The notes under the pieces are model-generated. The model saw only the letters and a program-made list of their open reading frames with translations. It made no database searches and was not told the origin of the DNA. The position numbers and the translations under genes were made by a program. A DNA stretch of 63,852 bases, the filler included, from Gonapodya sp. JEL0774 (Eukaryota): NCBI GenBank assembly GCA_027604505.1. It is 9 parts of 9 records of this genome, joined end to end, with 100 filler letters (N's around TTAATTAATTAA, not from the genome) between each part and the next. Parts side by side here need not be neighbours in the genome. Positions count along the whole stretch, not along the records: positions 35,659 to 42,653 come from JADIIX010000543.1; positions 42,754 to 49,725 come from JADIIX010000544.1; positions 49,826 to 56,796 come from JADIIX010000545.1; 6 more parts are not named here. The stretch is one strand, 5' to 3'. How positions within the stretch are numbered: the stretch's first letter is position 1; every line of letters begins with the position of its first letter. Below, one piece after another: positions 36,428 through 49,954 of the stretch.

Positions 36428-39400
36428 TCAACTCTCGTCCACTTCTTCATCTCTGTCCTCGTCACCCTCGTGATCCCCGTCCTCGTCGCCCTCTTCCTCC
36501 CCGTCCTCGTCGCCCTCCTCATCCCACGCCGCCGATCTTTCACCCTGATAACGACCCCACTCCCACTGGTCATCCTCTCCGTTTTCTTCCTCCCCTTCGT
36601 TTACATCCTCCTCTTCATCTTCGCGTCCCTCGTCCGCACCGCCGTCTTTCTCGTCCCAGTCGTCTCCAACGTTCCTCGCGAGCTTGCCACCCTCCTCATA
36701 CCAGTCCTCTTCGTAACCTCCACCCCCTTCTTCCGCCAGTCTCTCCCCCTCATATTGACCCCACACCAATGTATCATCCCCGTCGTTCTTTGCCTCCTGT
36801 TCTCCTTTGACTTCCTCGCAGTACTCCTCCACACCATCACCTACGTCCGTCCATACATATTCGTCATTGTTCCCTGCACCATATTCCTCTTGATTGCCCC
36901 AGCCCTGCTCGCCATGCCACCCGGCAACAAGTTCCGCTGAGAGGGCCCAGTGGTCCCGGCCATTCAAGCCTGCAACGAATTCCTCCGGGATGTACTCAAG
37001 CATCTGCTGTAGTGCAAGAGCGTCCTCCGGCGTCGGTTTCAGTTGAGGTTGCAACACCGGTTCCACCACTGGTTCCGGCACCGTCTCGATCTCCGGAATT
37101 GGCTCCGGTTGCGGCTCCGGCTGCGACTTGGCGCCCTCGCCATTGCTCGCTCCTTGCGCCTTTGCCATTGCCTGGATGTAGTTTTTGTAACGCTGCATCC
37201 GAAGGCTGGAAAGCGCGTTGATGAGCGTCGATGGATCTTTGCCCGTTTCTGCAAGCTTCCGGTTTATTTTGCGCTCCACACACCCTTCGATTCGGTACCA
37301 AGAGCGATTCAGGTGCTCTTGTGGAGGGCATGCTGTCGAGCTTCGGGGGCGAGGCTGGAGCTGACCGATTTCGAACCCCTGGCGCCGAGGTGGGGGCACT
37401 GGAGGGACCTCCCCATGAATGGCACCGTCACTCGGGTCTTCAGGCGCGAGATGGGTGGCGAACCGATTCCATCGTATAGCGCGATAAACTTCCATCGCAG
37501 CTGTCAGCCGATATCCTCACTGTCTGGTTTTACTGGAAATGTTTAACGTACCTCCATCCGGATGACAGAGAGTTAAATCCTGTTTGTTTTTGTCTGATTG
37601 TTCATAACGGTCATCGGGCGCAAGCCTCTTCCTCTGCATAAACGTAGAAACTAGATGAGTAGGGTACAGTTGAACAGCGCTCCAGGAGTGGTACGAACCC
37701 TCCGTCGGCGATTCTGTACGGTCAAACGCGAAGCTTCGTGGGGTGGAACCAGTGGTGATCGAGGTGCAGCTGTAGCGCAACATAGATGAGTAAAGGTAAT
37801 TCTTGTGTTCTTCATAGCGAAATCGCAACGTACTTCGAAAAGGGCCTCGGAATGTCTTGGAAAAAGCAAACATGCAGTAGAAATGTTGTGAGAAATAATA
37901 TAAAAAGATGGCTCCGAAACGTAGAAACATACCGGAAGCGGAATCCTCCGACGCTCCGATGAGTGCTCTGGGTCACTGGTCGAACCACCAGATTTCACTG
38001 AGGTATTCAGTTGAGGCGCTTGGAACTGGATCACGTCTGGTACCAACGATGAAATCGTTTCACTGGGCGGAGGTGAGTCGTTTGCATGTTGGAGAGCTGG
38101 TGATTGGTGGTCTGCGTCTTGCTCAGTCATGTCTTCACGCAGCCGGGACGGTTCCAAGCCAGGTTCTTCCAAAGATAGTGACAATCCACCGACGATAGTT
38201 GTGTCGTTGGTAACATCGTGAGATGGTGTAGGTAGGGTAGCATCCAGCAGATTCGAGTCTTCAAACGACAAGAGTGTTGGAGGGAGCTAGTTCATGGTTC
38301 ACACGACAGAAACACTTACCGTCCACCGGAGCTTGGAATGTCTGTCAACAAGAAACGAGCGCATCAAGATTGATGAAAAAAAATAATCAGCCAACGATAC
38401 GTACCTGGTGCGGGTCCTCAGTCTCGGATACAGACTCTCGCGATGCGGTGTGGCTGGTATCACCGGACTCCAAAGAACGCCCGCGCTCCTCAGTCATCAC
38501 CCAAGAGTAGAGATCCGCTACTGATGACGAAGATGATCCATTTACAAGAGCGTCCTCGATCGCATCTTGTTGGAATTCTGTCCTTCGTGCGGCACCTTGC
38601 CGATCAGCCTCTTCAAAGGACCGAAACATCGCAGCGATCTGTTCTGGAGAGGATGGGCCGGAGCTTGGTGCTACTACTCCCCGAGCAAATGTCGCCGATC
38701 GGGTGGTTCCGGCAACTCGAGGAGAAGGTGAACGACCATCAGACTGCAAGCGAGATGAACGGTGGTCAATCTGGGCTGTGAGCGGATGACAGGATCCACC
38801 ATTGGAGATGTATGCTCACCTCGACTGATGTACGAGACCTGAACCCTTGCTCCGACGGTCCTGACTGCCCGCCATCTACTCTTCTGTCATCCTTAACCAC
38901 CGACTTCCCCTTCCACTTAACCACCTCCATTCCTGTCAAAAGCAAATCGGGATGGTCAGACTCAAGACTGTCAACATCAAAACTCACCTGGCGACCATCC
39001 GCTGCATTATCCTGAAAGCGGAACATCACGTGGACATTGTGATGATGTTGAGAGTAGGAGAGTACGAGGAGAATAGATTGCACTCACCAAGCCATACTCA
39101 TGCTCCGCGTCTCCATACCCCTCGCTGTCTTCTTCCCGTTCCACCTCACCATCAACACCACTTCCGCCACCTCCAATTCCACCGCCCTCCCCTCCAACAT
39201 CACAATCCTCCACAAAAGACTCCTTCTCTCCATCAGCAACACCAACTCCACCCTCGGCGCTAACTGCCACATCTCCCACCTCCGCCATACCACCAAGTTC
39301 CCCAATCTCCCGACCACCAACAACATCACCATCCGCCAAATCATCCACTACACAACCTGTACTCCCCATTCCGACCACTTCCTCAATCATAACAGTACGA

Positions 39401-40020
39401 GTCCGAGAGAAAGTTCTAAAACTAATAGGGGAAGGGGGGATAAAGGAAATGGCCGATCCACTTCGCAAGCGGGATCCAGCAGAGACTGAATACACCAGCC
39501 CGTTCTGTGGTTGGCGACCCAAGCCGTCAGTCCTGCCTTGGAGCTCATGCCGTCCCGGCCCATGACGATCTCCCTCCGAGGTCCCGGTAGACGTGCTTGG
39601 GTTAGAAAAGAAGCGCAGCCAATGGGCACGATGGCTGCCTTCCTGTTTTTGGTCTTTTGTATTTTTCGAAGATTTTTTTGGTGTTTTTGAAATTTTATGG
39701 TAGCTTTTGTTGTCCGGAGGCAAGGTTGATGAGCGCTTGGACCTCCTTGTCGCTGGTGCCGTGGTTCGATTTGAGCGCAAGGCCTGGGGTCTGGGCCTTT
39801 GCTGTGTGGTCCTCGACAACACGACACCGTCCAGCCGCCCCGGTGGTCCGCTCCTCAATACGCCAGATGCCGATCGCAACGCATATCTTCCGCTTGACGG
39901 AGGTTCGTCTTGCGGCTCAGGAGTGGGATGGTTCTGTCGGGAAGGTTGGGCTGCAGATCGGCTGGCGACATTGTTCGGACGTTGTACTCGCCGCGGCGCA
40001 GTCTGGAAAGGACGAGACAT
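36428..40020 (-). CDS. Large hypothetical, largely disordered multi-exon protein with a basic N-terminus and very acidic C-terminus
   Basis: Chain of long minus-strand ORFs linked by plausible introns (e.g. CCG|GTATGT..AAG near 37930-37858 and G|GTACGT..CTGAC..AG near 37551-37500). No known domain recognised. Confidence 0.55.
36434..36525 (-). repeat. Imperfect 24-nt coding tandem repeat (~4 units) encoding EGDEDGxx-like acidic units
   Basis: ctcgtc recurs at 36434, 36458, 36482 and 36506. Confidence 0.75.
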
Positions 40021-40361
40021 GATTCAAAGTAAAGGCGTCGCACGAATGATGTAAGAGTTAAGGCGAATGCCGATTGAGTGTCAGATTTGAAGAACGATCG
40101 GATGTTGGCAACGAGATCCATGCGATCACAGCAAGTTTGGGCATTGTCAGGACATGCCAATTGTCATGCGATGCCAATGTAGAAAAGAAATTATCAGCAA
40201 AAGGGCAAGAGCACGCATCCGAGATATAAATTCAACAAGCGAGTTGCGATGACAATATTGTCGACCAAAGGAAAAGCGAGCATTGTAAAACGTCCATCGA
40301 GGGGACAGCGAATGGCGCAAAAGTGACGTGAGAGCAACAGCCGGTACGGAGTTTGGCATCA

Positions 40362-40959
40362 TCAAGCCGAGAAAAGTTTCCGGGAGGCCAATTCATTGGA
40401 AGGGTGGCGCAGAGATACAACGAGAAGAGCAAGCGATGAGACGATGGTCGGAAGAAGCAACACCAGAGAGATATCACACGGGAAGAAGAGTTCATAGACG
40501 GGATGGAGAAAATCGATGAGTATGAGAGGACGGAAAAGAGCGGGAAAAAAAAGGGAGAGTGCGGACATCGGTGAGAACGGCGGGTCCCCCGGCGATGGAG
40601 GCGGAACATCGCCAATCTTGGAGATAGATCCGAGAAAGACGGCTTCCTTGTTCACAACTCCGGAGTCCGTGCCAATCGCCTCGCGTCCTCTCTTTTCTGG
40701 CGTGATATCCGTCTTCAAGTCCAACTTTTGGTCCAGATTCCAAATCTCCCATCATCGATCCAACGACGCCAGAACTCACGGTCACGAGCGCACGCGGCGC
40801 GGTCAAATCCTTGATTTTTTCCCTGGCTTCAACGGCCGCCTTCCTCTTCGGCTTCTGAGCGTCCGCTGCTCGAGTGCCAGGATCGACACCGCCAGGGCCC
40901 GCCTTGGACTGAGACGACCGAGCCGCCGCAGAAGATTGTGGGATTTTGGTATGAGCCAT
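40362..40959 (-). CDS. Hypothetical protein (2 exons?), possibly the 5' part of the downstream gene
   Basis: ATG at 40959 (MAHTKIPQSS..KRKAAVEAREKIKDL) and a GTGAGT donor near 40779. Downstream structure is uncertain. Confidence 0.4.
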
Positions 40960-42653
40960 TCTAAAAGTTGTTCGCTTGTTTCGATATGTTCGCTTTTATC
41001 GAAGTTGAGCTTTTAGAATCAGCGAGAGATTGACGCCCGCTGGGATCCTTTATACTGCCCTCGCTCCATTACTGTGCAGGGAAATCAACAACCTTCCATG
41101 ATTTTCTCAGAATTTCTTGGGTACTTTGCTAAGTGTCACCCCAGATAGATAGACAACATTATTAGATTCAAAAGAGCCACAGTTTATTTACAACAGATCG
41201 CCAGTACGGAGGTGGTGGATTCTTCCGAGTTTCGTACACATTAGAAGAATATTTCAACGTTGCTCAACTTTTTCCACGGCAGCGCTGCTGGAAAAGCCAT
41301 GCGGTGCCGGGAAGAGGAAGAAGCCGCACTGAAGAATTAAAAAGTGATAGCTTTCCCTTTTCTTCCTCCCATCCTCTATTTAGCCACGCAAGCAAACAAC
41401 CACAAATAACCAAAAGAGTCACATGAAGGGGTCAAAGGCAACTGTGTCGTGATTTTTCGCCCAATTTCAAGGCACTCGGAAGGATGACGGCAGGGCGGAG
41501 GATGGGCACAGGCAAAAGAGCGAAATGTTGCAACCGAGCTAACGTGTCCAGAACAAGATATGTCAGGTCCATGCTTCTTCTTTAATATAGAACTACCCTC
41601 GAGTGAATGTGCTTCGCCATCAATACCAGACGCAATTTCGGAAGACGAAGTGTGGGTCTTGCGGTCTCGCGGTCGCTCATGATGGGAAAAGCCGGTAGAA
41701 ATCAAGCGAGGGAGTCGAAGAGTGCTGCCCGTGAGCGTTCCAGAGTTAAGGAGGGTACAAGAGGGGTACGTCAACCATCCGACGAGAAGAAAACCCGATG
41801 ACTATGCAAATTTGGAGCAATTGCGTTCTCTGATTATCCTCTGGCAATTGCAGCGCTTCAACTCTTCCATCACACAAGTTTTTGGAGGTGACGGTTCATT
41901 GTTTCGGACACACTCGAACTCAGATGCTGTATCTCGTGGTATTTCGGGGCGAGGTCAACATTTCCACATCTCTAGAGCTCCATGTTCAGCAGCAATGGGG
42001 AGTTCGAGCGGATCTGCATACGACGACTTGATGTCCAGCATCCTAACTCTTTGCTTGCATCAGAGCACAAGCCTTCGCCGGTCGAGCGTACGCTCAATCT
42101 CAGATCCGGAGAACGATTGATGTTCTGAAGAAGCGAAAAAGACCTGTCTGAGTAAGTTTGTACACCAATGATGCCGCAACTCAAAGGAAGTTGGCACCCA
42201 AAAAGGATGAATCCCTCATCACAAACACACACCTGTTTTGAGGTCCTGGAATCTTTGTTAGCATTTATATCTACATCCGAGATCTTTATTCCGTATGAAG
42301 CTCAAGAAGCGAAGTGCTTGTCAACTTGAAATTAGGCCTCGGGGTGGCAGGGAATCGGAGTGTGAAAGGTTTGATGACGTGGAGTCCGTCAGCCGAGCAT
42401 CCGCGACCAGTTCAACGACAGACTGGTGAGGCCACGGAAGCTTCCAAGTATCTTAAGTTCTAGCTCGACCAAAATTTCTTGAGATTGAGGCTGCCGCAGT
42501 CGAAATGCTTAAGCCTGATGTGATGCGCTTGGCTCAGATTCCGTGTCGAGATCGTCTCGCTGCATGCAGCAATAATGAAGATGATCAACTGCCCAGTGAG
42601 TGAAATTCTCGTGCGAATAAAGCGTGGTGATCGTTCTTCCTCTTGCAACGATC

Positions 42654-42753
42654 NNNNNNNNNNNNNNNNNNNNNNNNNNNNNNNNNNNNNNNNNNNNTTA
42701 ATTAATTAANNNNNNNNNNNNNNNNNNNNNNNNNNNNNNNNNNNNNNNNNNNN
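42654..42753. other. Artificial contig-joining spacer
   Basis: N44-TTAATTAATTAA-N44. Confidence 0.98.
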
Positions 42754-44309
42754 GAGCTAAAAACGCTTCTCGCGCTTTTGGAGAAGGAAAACGCGGCCCA
42801 TCCAGATGGGTTTGACATCCAAGAATTCTACAACCGATACACTTTCGACACCATCACACGGTACGTTTTCAGTCCTTCGGTAAAACAGTATTCTTCCAAC
42901 TCACTTTTTTCAATCAATATTTCTCTCCAATAACTGTACCGTCACATATGAAAGCCTTACGTTCGGGTCCTTCCTCGGTGTACAGAATGATTTCGAGTCA
43001 TCGTATCTAAAGGGATGGGACAATGTTCTGTCAATAGCAAGCCTTTGGAACCTGATCACTAGTGTTTCGGGAGAGTGGGCCGTGCCAAAATCGCTTAAGA
43101 ACTCGTGAGTTCACTGCTAAGCCAGGAAAGTCTTGCATGGAGAGCTCACAATGGATGTACAGTTTCTTCACGAACTACAAAATTATCCGATCGCTAATCA
43201 CCACCAATATTGAACGCGTTCGAAATGGAAAGGTCGCGGATGCTAAGATCTCAATCTTAGACGATATGATGCGTGGCAAGTTACCCGAATTCATGGAGAA
43301 GAACGACGAAGAATTGATCAAGCAGCTGGTACGATCATGAACTGAAATGAGCGATCACGGTCGCCTTCTCTGACATGGCTTTTGATTACAGATGACCCTT
43401 CTGTTCGCAGGTCACGGTACGTGTCGTTCTTTTGACAACGGTTGTCTTTCAATGTGAAAGCTTTGATCTGTGCATGCTGTTTAGATACTACGAGTGCCCT
43501 TCTCTCCTTCTTGACGTACCACATATCCGTAAGCTCATGCCCGATGCCATGGTTGTCTTTCTGTACTGAGTAGATCATCACGTTTTCACCAGCTTAACAC
43601 CGAATGGCAAAAACTCGTTCGATCCGAAGTGCAACAAGCATTTTCGCCATCAGACTCGTTGACACTCGAAAAGCTTGAAGCGCTTCCCCGGCTGACTTCA
43701 GTCATCAAGGAGACACTCCGTATGTACCCCTCCGCACCGTTTGGAGCTGGACGACAGGTAGCCAGGGATACGAGGTGCGCCTACACCGATAAGGATGGCA
43801 GGCAGAAGTTTGTGCAGTTCAAAAAAGGAGATACCATTTTGCCAGCGGTGGTGAGTCCTTGAAGAATAAGGAGTTTTTCAACGGACTTTTTCATGCCCTG
43901 TCTTTCCTGCATCGAATAAACACTAGTATCTCGCACAAATGACGCAAGAATTCTGGAACAAGCCTGTGGACGAGTGGGACCCGTCGCGATGGATGGACGA
44001 CCCTAATGGTGGAGCGTCGAGCCCTTACGCATATGCACCTTTTGGGAATGGAGCGCGAAGATGTCTGGGAGAGAGGTTTGTTTGGCTGCAACTCGGACTG
44101 TAACAAGTCATGACATCTGTTATTTTTCTCCCATATGTCGCAGGCTTGCGCTTGGTGAAGCTCGACTGACTTTGGCAGAGATACTTCGCCGTTATGAGAT
44201 TTTACCCGCAAAAGACCCCAATGGCGAGTTTAAGTTTGCGCACTATTTCACTGGCACCATCAAGGCAGCCAATGGCGTGGGTGTGCGTCTGGTGCCCCTG
44301 CAATCTTGA
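42754..44309 (+). CDS. Cytochrome P450, 5'-truncated, multi-exon
   Basis: I-helix LLFAGH/DTT, K-helix KETLR, PSRW meander and heme motif PFGNGARRCLGE. Confidence 0.95.
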
Positions 44310-44443
44310 AGAGCGGAATTTAAGGAGTGGAGAAGTCATAACGATCTATTGCAAAATTATTATTTAGAAGTGATCATACAGGAGAGCCGAGTTATGCGAG
44401 TAATATGGTTAACTGTATGTTGAGTTAGTGGTAGTGAAATTCT

Positions 44444-45929
44444 TCAAATCTGACCCTTGAGATCCATTTCACAAGGTCCATGTGAGCGGCCACCAAAGCC
44501 CTTCTCTCCACTAAGCGAGTGTAATGACAAAATTGCAGCAGCAGGCGCAGCGCGCCGGTCACCCCACGGAATCGTCCGCTGAAGTGCAAGTTTCCCACTG
44601 CGCAACCACGACGGTTGCCATTAGTAAATGACTTCAGTGTCCACATATATGAAGTGCTACTTACTACATCCCAAGGTTTCCGCCCATTCCCGATGCGGTC
44701 GGATCCGCTGGATGCAATACGACTCTGTTCCTATGTTTGTCAGAGTCCGAATCACTCGAATTGTGAGATATTTCACCGCTGTCTGTGTCGGAGTGCAGCA
44801 CGTCCCCTGGCATTGTGAGAACCTCCTCGCGAGATGATGGGTCACGGTAGTACTCAGGTACTGTATCCGCGACCTCCCAGGTGTCCCGCCATTTTCGGTA
44901 GGTCGAGTATGCGACCAGGTCAGCAAAGTTAGGAAATCGCTCCTTCAACTCAGTAAGAATAACGAACTGGGGTTCCACCATCCGTATCTCTCCGCGCTCC
45001 AGTCGACTAAGAGCGGAGCTTGGAGTGGACCAATAAGCCGTGACGGTTTCACTCCCATCCGCTGAGATGAGTGGCTTTTTGGGGAGTGTCGTGAGAAGGA
45101 AGCGGGCACTGTAGCGGGTTGGTTCTGTGGCGGGAGTGACAAAGTGGTGCCACGGGACGGGCAGGACTGGTAAAATATCTGAATTCCTCTCAGTAGCAAA
45201 TAGGGATCTGAATGATGCCGTTTGGTTGTACACCGCAAGTCGATTCTCGTCCAGAGCCCGGTCGGAGTTGCGATTCGTTCTCGGGTCAGTGCTCATAAAC
45301 ACCCCAACCTCTTCAAACGCTTCTCGGAGAGATGCGACTGCCGCCGAAAGTGGAAACCTCTGTTCAAAGTCCTTCAGGATCGCCTCTGGTTCGGGACCTG
45401 GCTGAGGGACATTAGCTGCAATTGATCGACGAAAGAGTTCCCGCCACTCCGGGTCGCCGTCAGATGCATCCAGTGCCCCACCAGGAAAAACTGTCAATGA
45501 ACCGAAAAATCCTCGCGAGCCCCTTTGTTGTGGGAAGTGCGTTTTAGATATGTACTATGCTGGCGTAGGAACTTTGGAAAACGGCGGCATTGTTGTCCGC
45601 GCACGTACCTCAGCTGAATCAAAACCTCATAATCCTCCTCCTGATCTTTCGACTGGCCCTCTCGCGGGACACATATCAGTAGACTGAGAACGATACAATT
45701 CGGTTCCACATCGCACCCGTCAGACCACCGGTCACAACAGGTTATAATCGCCCTAGGATTGAATGTGCATCCCATACCTTGCAGCGAATCTTGGGAATAC
45801 CGCTTGTCCAGGCTCCGGAACCGGTCGAAGAGGCTCGGCACGTCCCGAGGTGTACACAGGTGCATCCGAGCGCATACTGCGGGATCGAAAGTACTCTAGG
45901 CCAACCAGATGTTTAGTTTCGTCGTCCAT
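44444..45929 (-). CDS. NUDT19-like acyl-CoA diphosphatase (split Nudix box), multi-exon; possible CUG-initiated extension from 46115
   Basis: PRFAA/SLLI..YEVLIQLR/GSRGFFGSLTVFPGGALDASD, SLREAFEEVG, WHHFVTP..RYSARF, DGSETV..W.TPSSAL, EPQFVIL and HRNRV. Last exon inferred from TA|GTAAGT..CAG at ~44664-44600. Confidence 0.85.
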
Positions 45930-46229
45930 GGATGCGAACTGTGGTAGGGGAATCCGTCGGCGGCGCGGTGAGATCGACTTGTGTCGGACGATCTTCAAAT
46001 GAAGTGGGTTTAATTGGCTCAAGGTGTTCGGGCGCAGAACTCTACAAGACGCTGATGATCCCCGATTGGGCAATGATCGGAGAGTAAGCCCGTTTTGAAA
46101 TGCTCTGGAGGCCAGGTCCCCGGTGTAGGTATTCGGAGCTGGTGGAGGCAAAAGAATCGGATCGACGTTCAGCCCGCAATTTGTACCAGCTACATCGTCC
46201 AGACGAACAGAAATGCAGCTATGCATGTT

Positions 46230-48991
46230 TCATTCATCTCCGCATACTATTATACAACTCCCTTTTCCGCCCTCTCTACCACATCCTTCCCCAATACCGC
46301 CACTCTCTCTCCCTCCCACCTCGTTCCACTCTTCCACGGTTCCATCCGTAGCCTTGCCCTTGCACCAAATTGTATGATTGCGAAAATACCGCTCCATGCA
46401 GTCAGGTTTACGACCGCGAGGAGCGTGCAGAGCCAGCCTATGCCAAGAGCGGATTCGGCGGGGGAGACAAAGAGAGGGCCTAAGGCGGCCAGAGTGAAGC
46501 GTAAGAAGTTGGCAGATGCTACAAGAGTGGGGGGGAAAGGGGTTCAGTCGGAGCGGTGGTGAATATGAGTGACGAGAAACGTCCGGCCCTAGTTAGTTAA
46601 CATACCGATGATTGACGCTCCTTGGGAAGGAAATATGTCGAGCAAGTAGGCGTTACAGGACGTTCCACTGTTCACGCAGCGATGGAAGGTATGTCAGTGC
46701 CGTTTATGAGATACGACTTTCCAAAGACAATGACGTCCCTCAACTCACAACCCTTGTGTTCCCCCACCCGCGATCGATGCCCCCAGTATAGGAACACCCC
46801 ACCAACTGGGGTATACGAGCGGCCATCCATATATGAGGACACCCACGGCGATGAAGACGATGGGGAGCCAGGTTGCCCGGAGTCGGTCCTGAGGGTGGTA
46901 GCAGGCCCCGTTGTTGGTGTTGTGGTGGCGACAGAGTGCTCAAATCGCGCAGCGTTGTCAACCCACCTCCGGAATCTGAATTCCGCCCCGTCTCCCCCTC
47001 CACACTTTGACCGTCCTGTCCGCATTGACTCCGAAACCCCAGGTGCACACAAAGTAGCTGAGACCGCACACCATTTGTGCGAATCCCACTTGGGCAGTCG
47101 TGAACGAGAACACCCGGACAAAGTCGTGGGGGACGGTCACTTGGAAGATGTAGAGGAGCATGACTGTGAAGGCGATTTGTATGACAACGGCGAGGACGAA
47201 AGGGTCTGTTAAATAGGGTAAACAATATTTTGTCAGTGATGAGTGTGGTTCCGTCTTCTTGAGCTGTTCGTCCACGTACTCACACTTGTCTGCCATATCA
47301 CGACCCACCAGCACCACGTCCGCAAAGGCGAGAGCAAAACACATTGAGACACCAAACCCGGAAGAACACGAAATCCTCGACCGTAAGTAAAACTCACTGT
47401 ACACCAGCGGTGCCAACGGATTCCTTAGGCCTTTGGCCCTGTTCGCCCGCATGACCGTCTGATCCATGGTTTCGGGAAGGAAGAAGAACACCGCGGCAAA
47501 TATACACGTGGTCTGGGAACATACGGTTGAACGAGAACCGGAGAGGAAAGAGAGTGGTTCGGTGGAATGTAGTTCGGTGAAGTGATGGAGATAGTTGAGA
47601 TGGAACCACAACAATCCGGCAAATTGAGTCCAGTGGTACTTACGTATCCTGCCGAAACCAAAAACGTCCATCGCCATCCAACCGCGTCTGCGATAACTCC
47701 TCCGATGGCTGGTGCGAGCGTTGTGGCGCCTTGGTACTGTCGTGCAGTGATATGTGCGGGTCAATATTGATGTGAGGATTAAACGGATATGGAGTGGGTA
47801 AGAGACGAGAGACCCGATGCGATGCAGAGATACCTACACCGAGGTAAAAGAGGCCCAGGGCTTGGGACCGAGATGAAGAATGGGTGATGTCAGAGAGGGT
47901 TCCCTGGAGAAAGATATCAGGAATGACGCGTGATATGAATGAAACTCGGATCCGGTACGAGTTTGCGAAAATACGTACGCTGCCCGCGACCAACACTGCA
48001 CTCATGCCAATCTGCTGAAATATGCGCGTGACGTAGAAGACCGCGACGTTCTGTGCAAAAAATCCCAGGATAGAAGCTACAATGGCGACAGGGAGGGCGA
48101 GGAGGTAGGTGATTCGGCGGCCGCGGGCTTGACGGGGACCGGGAGTTAAGAACACGAGAAACCAGGAGGTGATTCAGGTTGTGTTAATGACAGCAGGCGA
48201 TGAATAGAGTTTCACCATCAGCAATTTGCGCCCATATCAGTGGTGCGGCGGCATTCATAAAGGTAGCGAGGGAGACGGACGCGTTAATGGCTTTATGAGC
48301 CGCGGCACGACGGAGCAGCATTAGATCGGAGCACGGAATGACACCAAGTGACAATACAGAAATATCATAAGTCTAGCTCACCTTGATCCGTTGATTGCAG
48401 ATCGACGACCTATCACATCCCGTTCCGAAACAACTTAGTAAGGTTTGTCTGGCCCATAACAATGGTCAAGGGAACAACATACTATGACGGGAAGAGAAGG
48501 CGTCTAGAGATAACCAAATGCTTGAGCGTCTCGAAACAGAAGGTAAATAATTGTTCGCGGAAGGATCCTGAACTTACAAATATTGAGTTTGACAGACTGG
48601 CTGCGGTCGCCATTGCCATAACGAGCGCCTGAATCAACCACGAGCGCCTTTTCGACAACAATTGGGGAGCGGCTCCAGTGGAGAGCGATAGGACGGATGA
48701 TTCGGATGATTCATTTGCCATGTCGGATTCGTGATTTGGTTTGTGGAGTGGGACCAGTTCAGGTGAAGGCGGAGGATTCACGGCATCGATATCAGGACGG
48801 TTTTTTCCATCCGATTCGAGAGTGGAATCTGCGAGGTTTGATGTGCTTATCGGAACCAAATTCTGCCTGCCAAGGTCCGAATTCTGAACATCGTGTTGAG
48901 GTGACGTTTGTTCAGCAGATTCGGTGATTCCAGTGGATCTGTTGTTGGAGTTTTCTCTTTCGGGGGCGTCACTGGGGCAATTCAGATCCAT
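46230..48991 (-). CDS. MFS transporter, DHA1 (drug:H+ antiporter, QDR/DTR1-like), multi-exon
   Basis: APLIWAQIAD/..RGRRITYL, TRIFQQIG, GTLSDI..SRSQALG, LAPAIGGVIADAVGWRWTF, FLPET and IPE motifs, with many TM segments. Confidence 0.9.
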
Positions 48992-49725
48992 TTTGTTTCT
49001 GTTTTGTTGGTGGAACAAGTGTGGGGAACCAACAGCTGTGGCACAGCACAAGGAGCGTGCTCGCTTGTCCACTCCGTCCGCAACCCATCGCATGCATAGC
49101 AGTGATATGTGGCTTGGACTTGGTCCGCCTGTTTCGTCTGCCCTTGCTGCATCTTTGTTCCCATAAGGGGGTTTTGAGGTCGGGCTGGTCTCAAAGTCCC
49201 CAACGAAAAGCGTTGAGATGACTTGAGCATGTCGACAACCCGACCAAGCCCGTTGTGGGCTCACCTGACAATTATTGGCCATTGTCTCTCGTCCTGATAA
49301 TTGAGATGGCAATGCTTTTCCAGTTTTTAGTTACTGTTCACAGATTGTGACAGCTGACGTCACCTTTTGCCAGTGTCATGGTCAAGAGGTGTTACCAGGA
49401 ATGGAGGCAGCTTTGAAAAGCAGACCTACTCGTCTTTTTGGAGCTGCCTTGTGAATGTGAATAGTCATCCTGCTCGACAGCTGCAGCCCCTTTCCTCCAA
49501 GAGGTCCTCTTCTTCAAATTTTGCATGACTGTTCAAGCTTGTATTACTTCGTCACTTCTCCAGGTTTGGTCACCCTCTATTCATTGGTGAACTATGTTGC
49601 CATGTCAGTTTTTCGTCTTCTGCTGCCCCTGCAGCAGGTCTGAACCCTTGGCTCCCGTGCCTGATGGAAGAATGATTCACACAGTTCGACTTGTTATGCT
49701 GACTGGCTCTAGTAGATACCTCTTT

Positions 49726-49825
49726 NNNNNNNNNNNNNNNNNNNNNNNNNNNNNNNNNNNNNNNNNNNNTTAATTAATTAANNNNNNNNNNNNNNNNNNN
49801 NNNNNNNNNNNNNNNNNNNNNNNNN
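49726..49825. other. Artificial contig-joining spacer
   Basis: N44-TTAATTAATTAA-N44. Confidence 0.98.
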
Positions 49826-49954
49826 ATCACTTCCATTTTTGTCTGAGCTGGAAAAATTGGGCCAAGAGCACAGCAGCACCTCCGCCACTCCCTCACTTAT
49901 CCCGAGGACCTCCTTGCATTATTCATCGACAGACAACATCTCCGATACTGAATC

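Noticed and set aside
37495..37551. In-frame TGA (37517-37519) between two ORFs as selenocysteine or readthrough
   Set aside because: It lies inside a good intron (GTACGT donor, GCTGAC branch, phase-compatible AG). No redox motif or SECIS was seen.
41376..42653. Degraded minus-strand gene with an LRR-like snippet (ILGSFRGLTSLSL)
   Set aside because: Stops in all frames and no consistent exon chain. Too weak to call.
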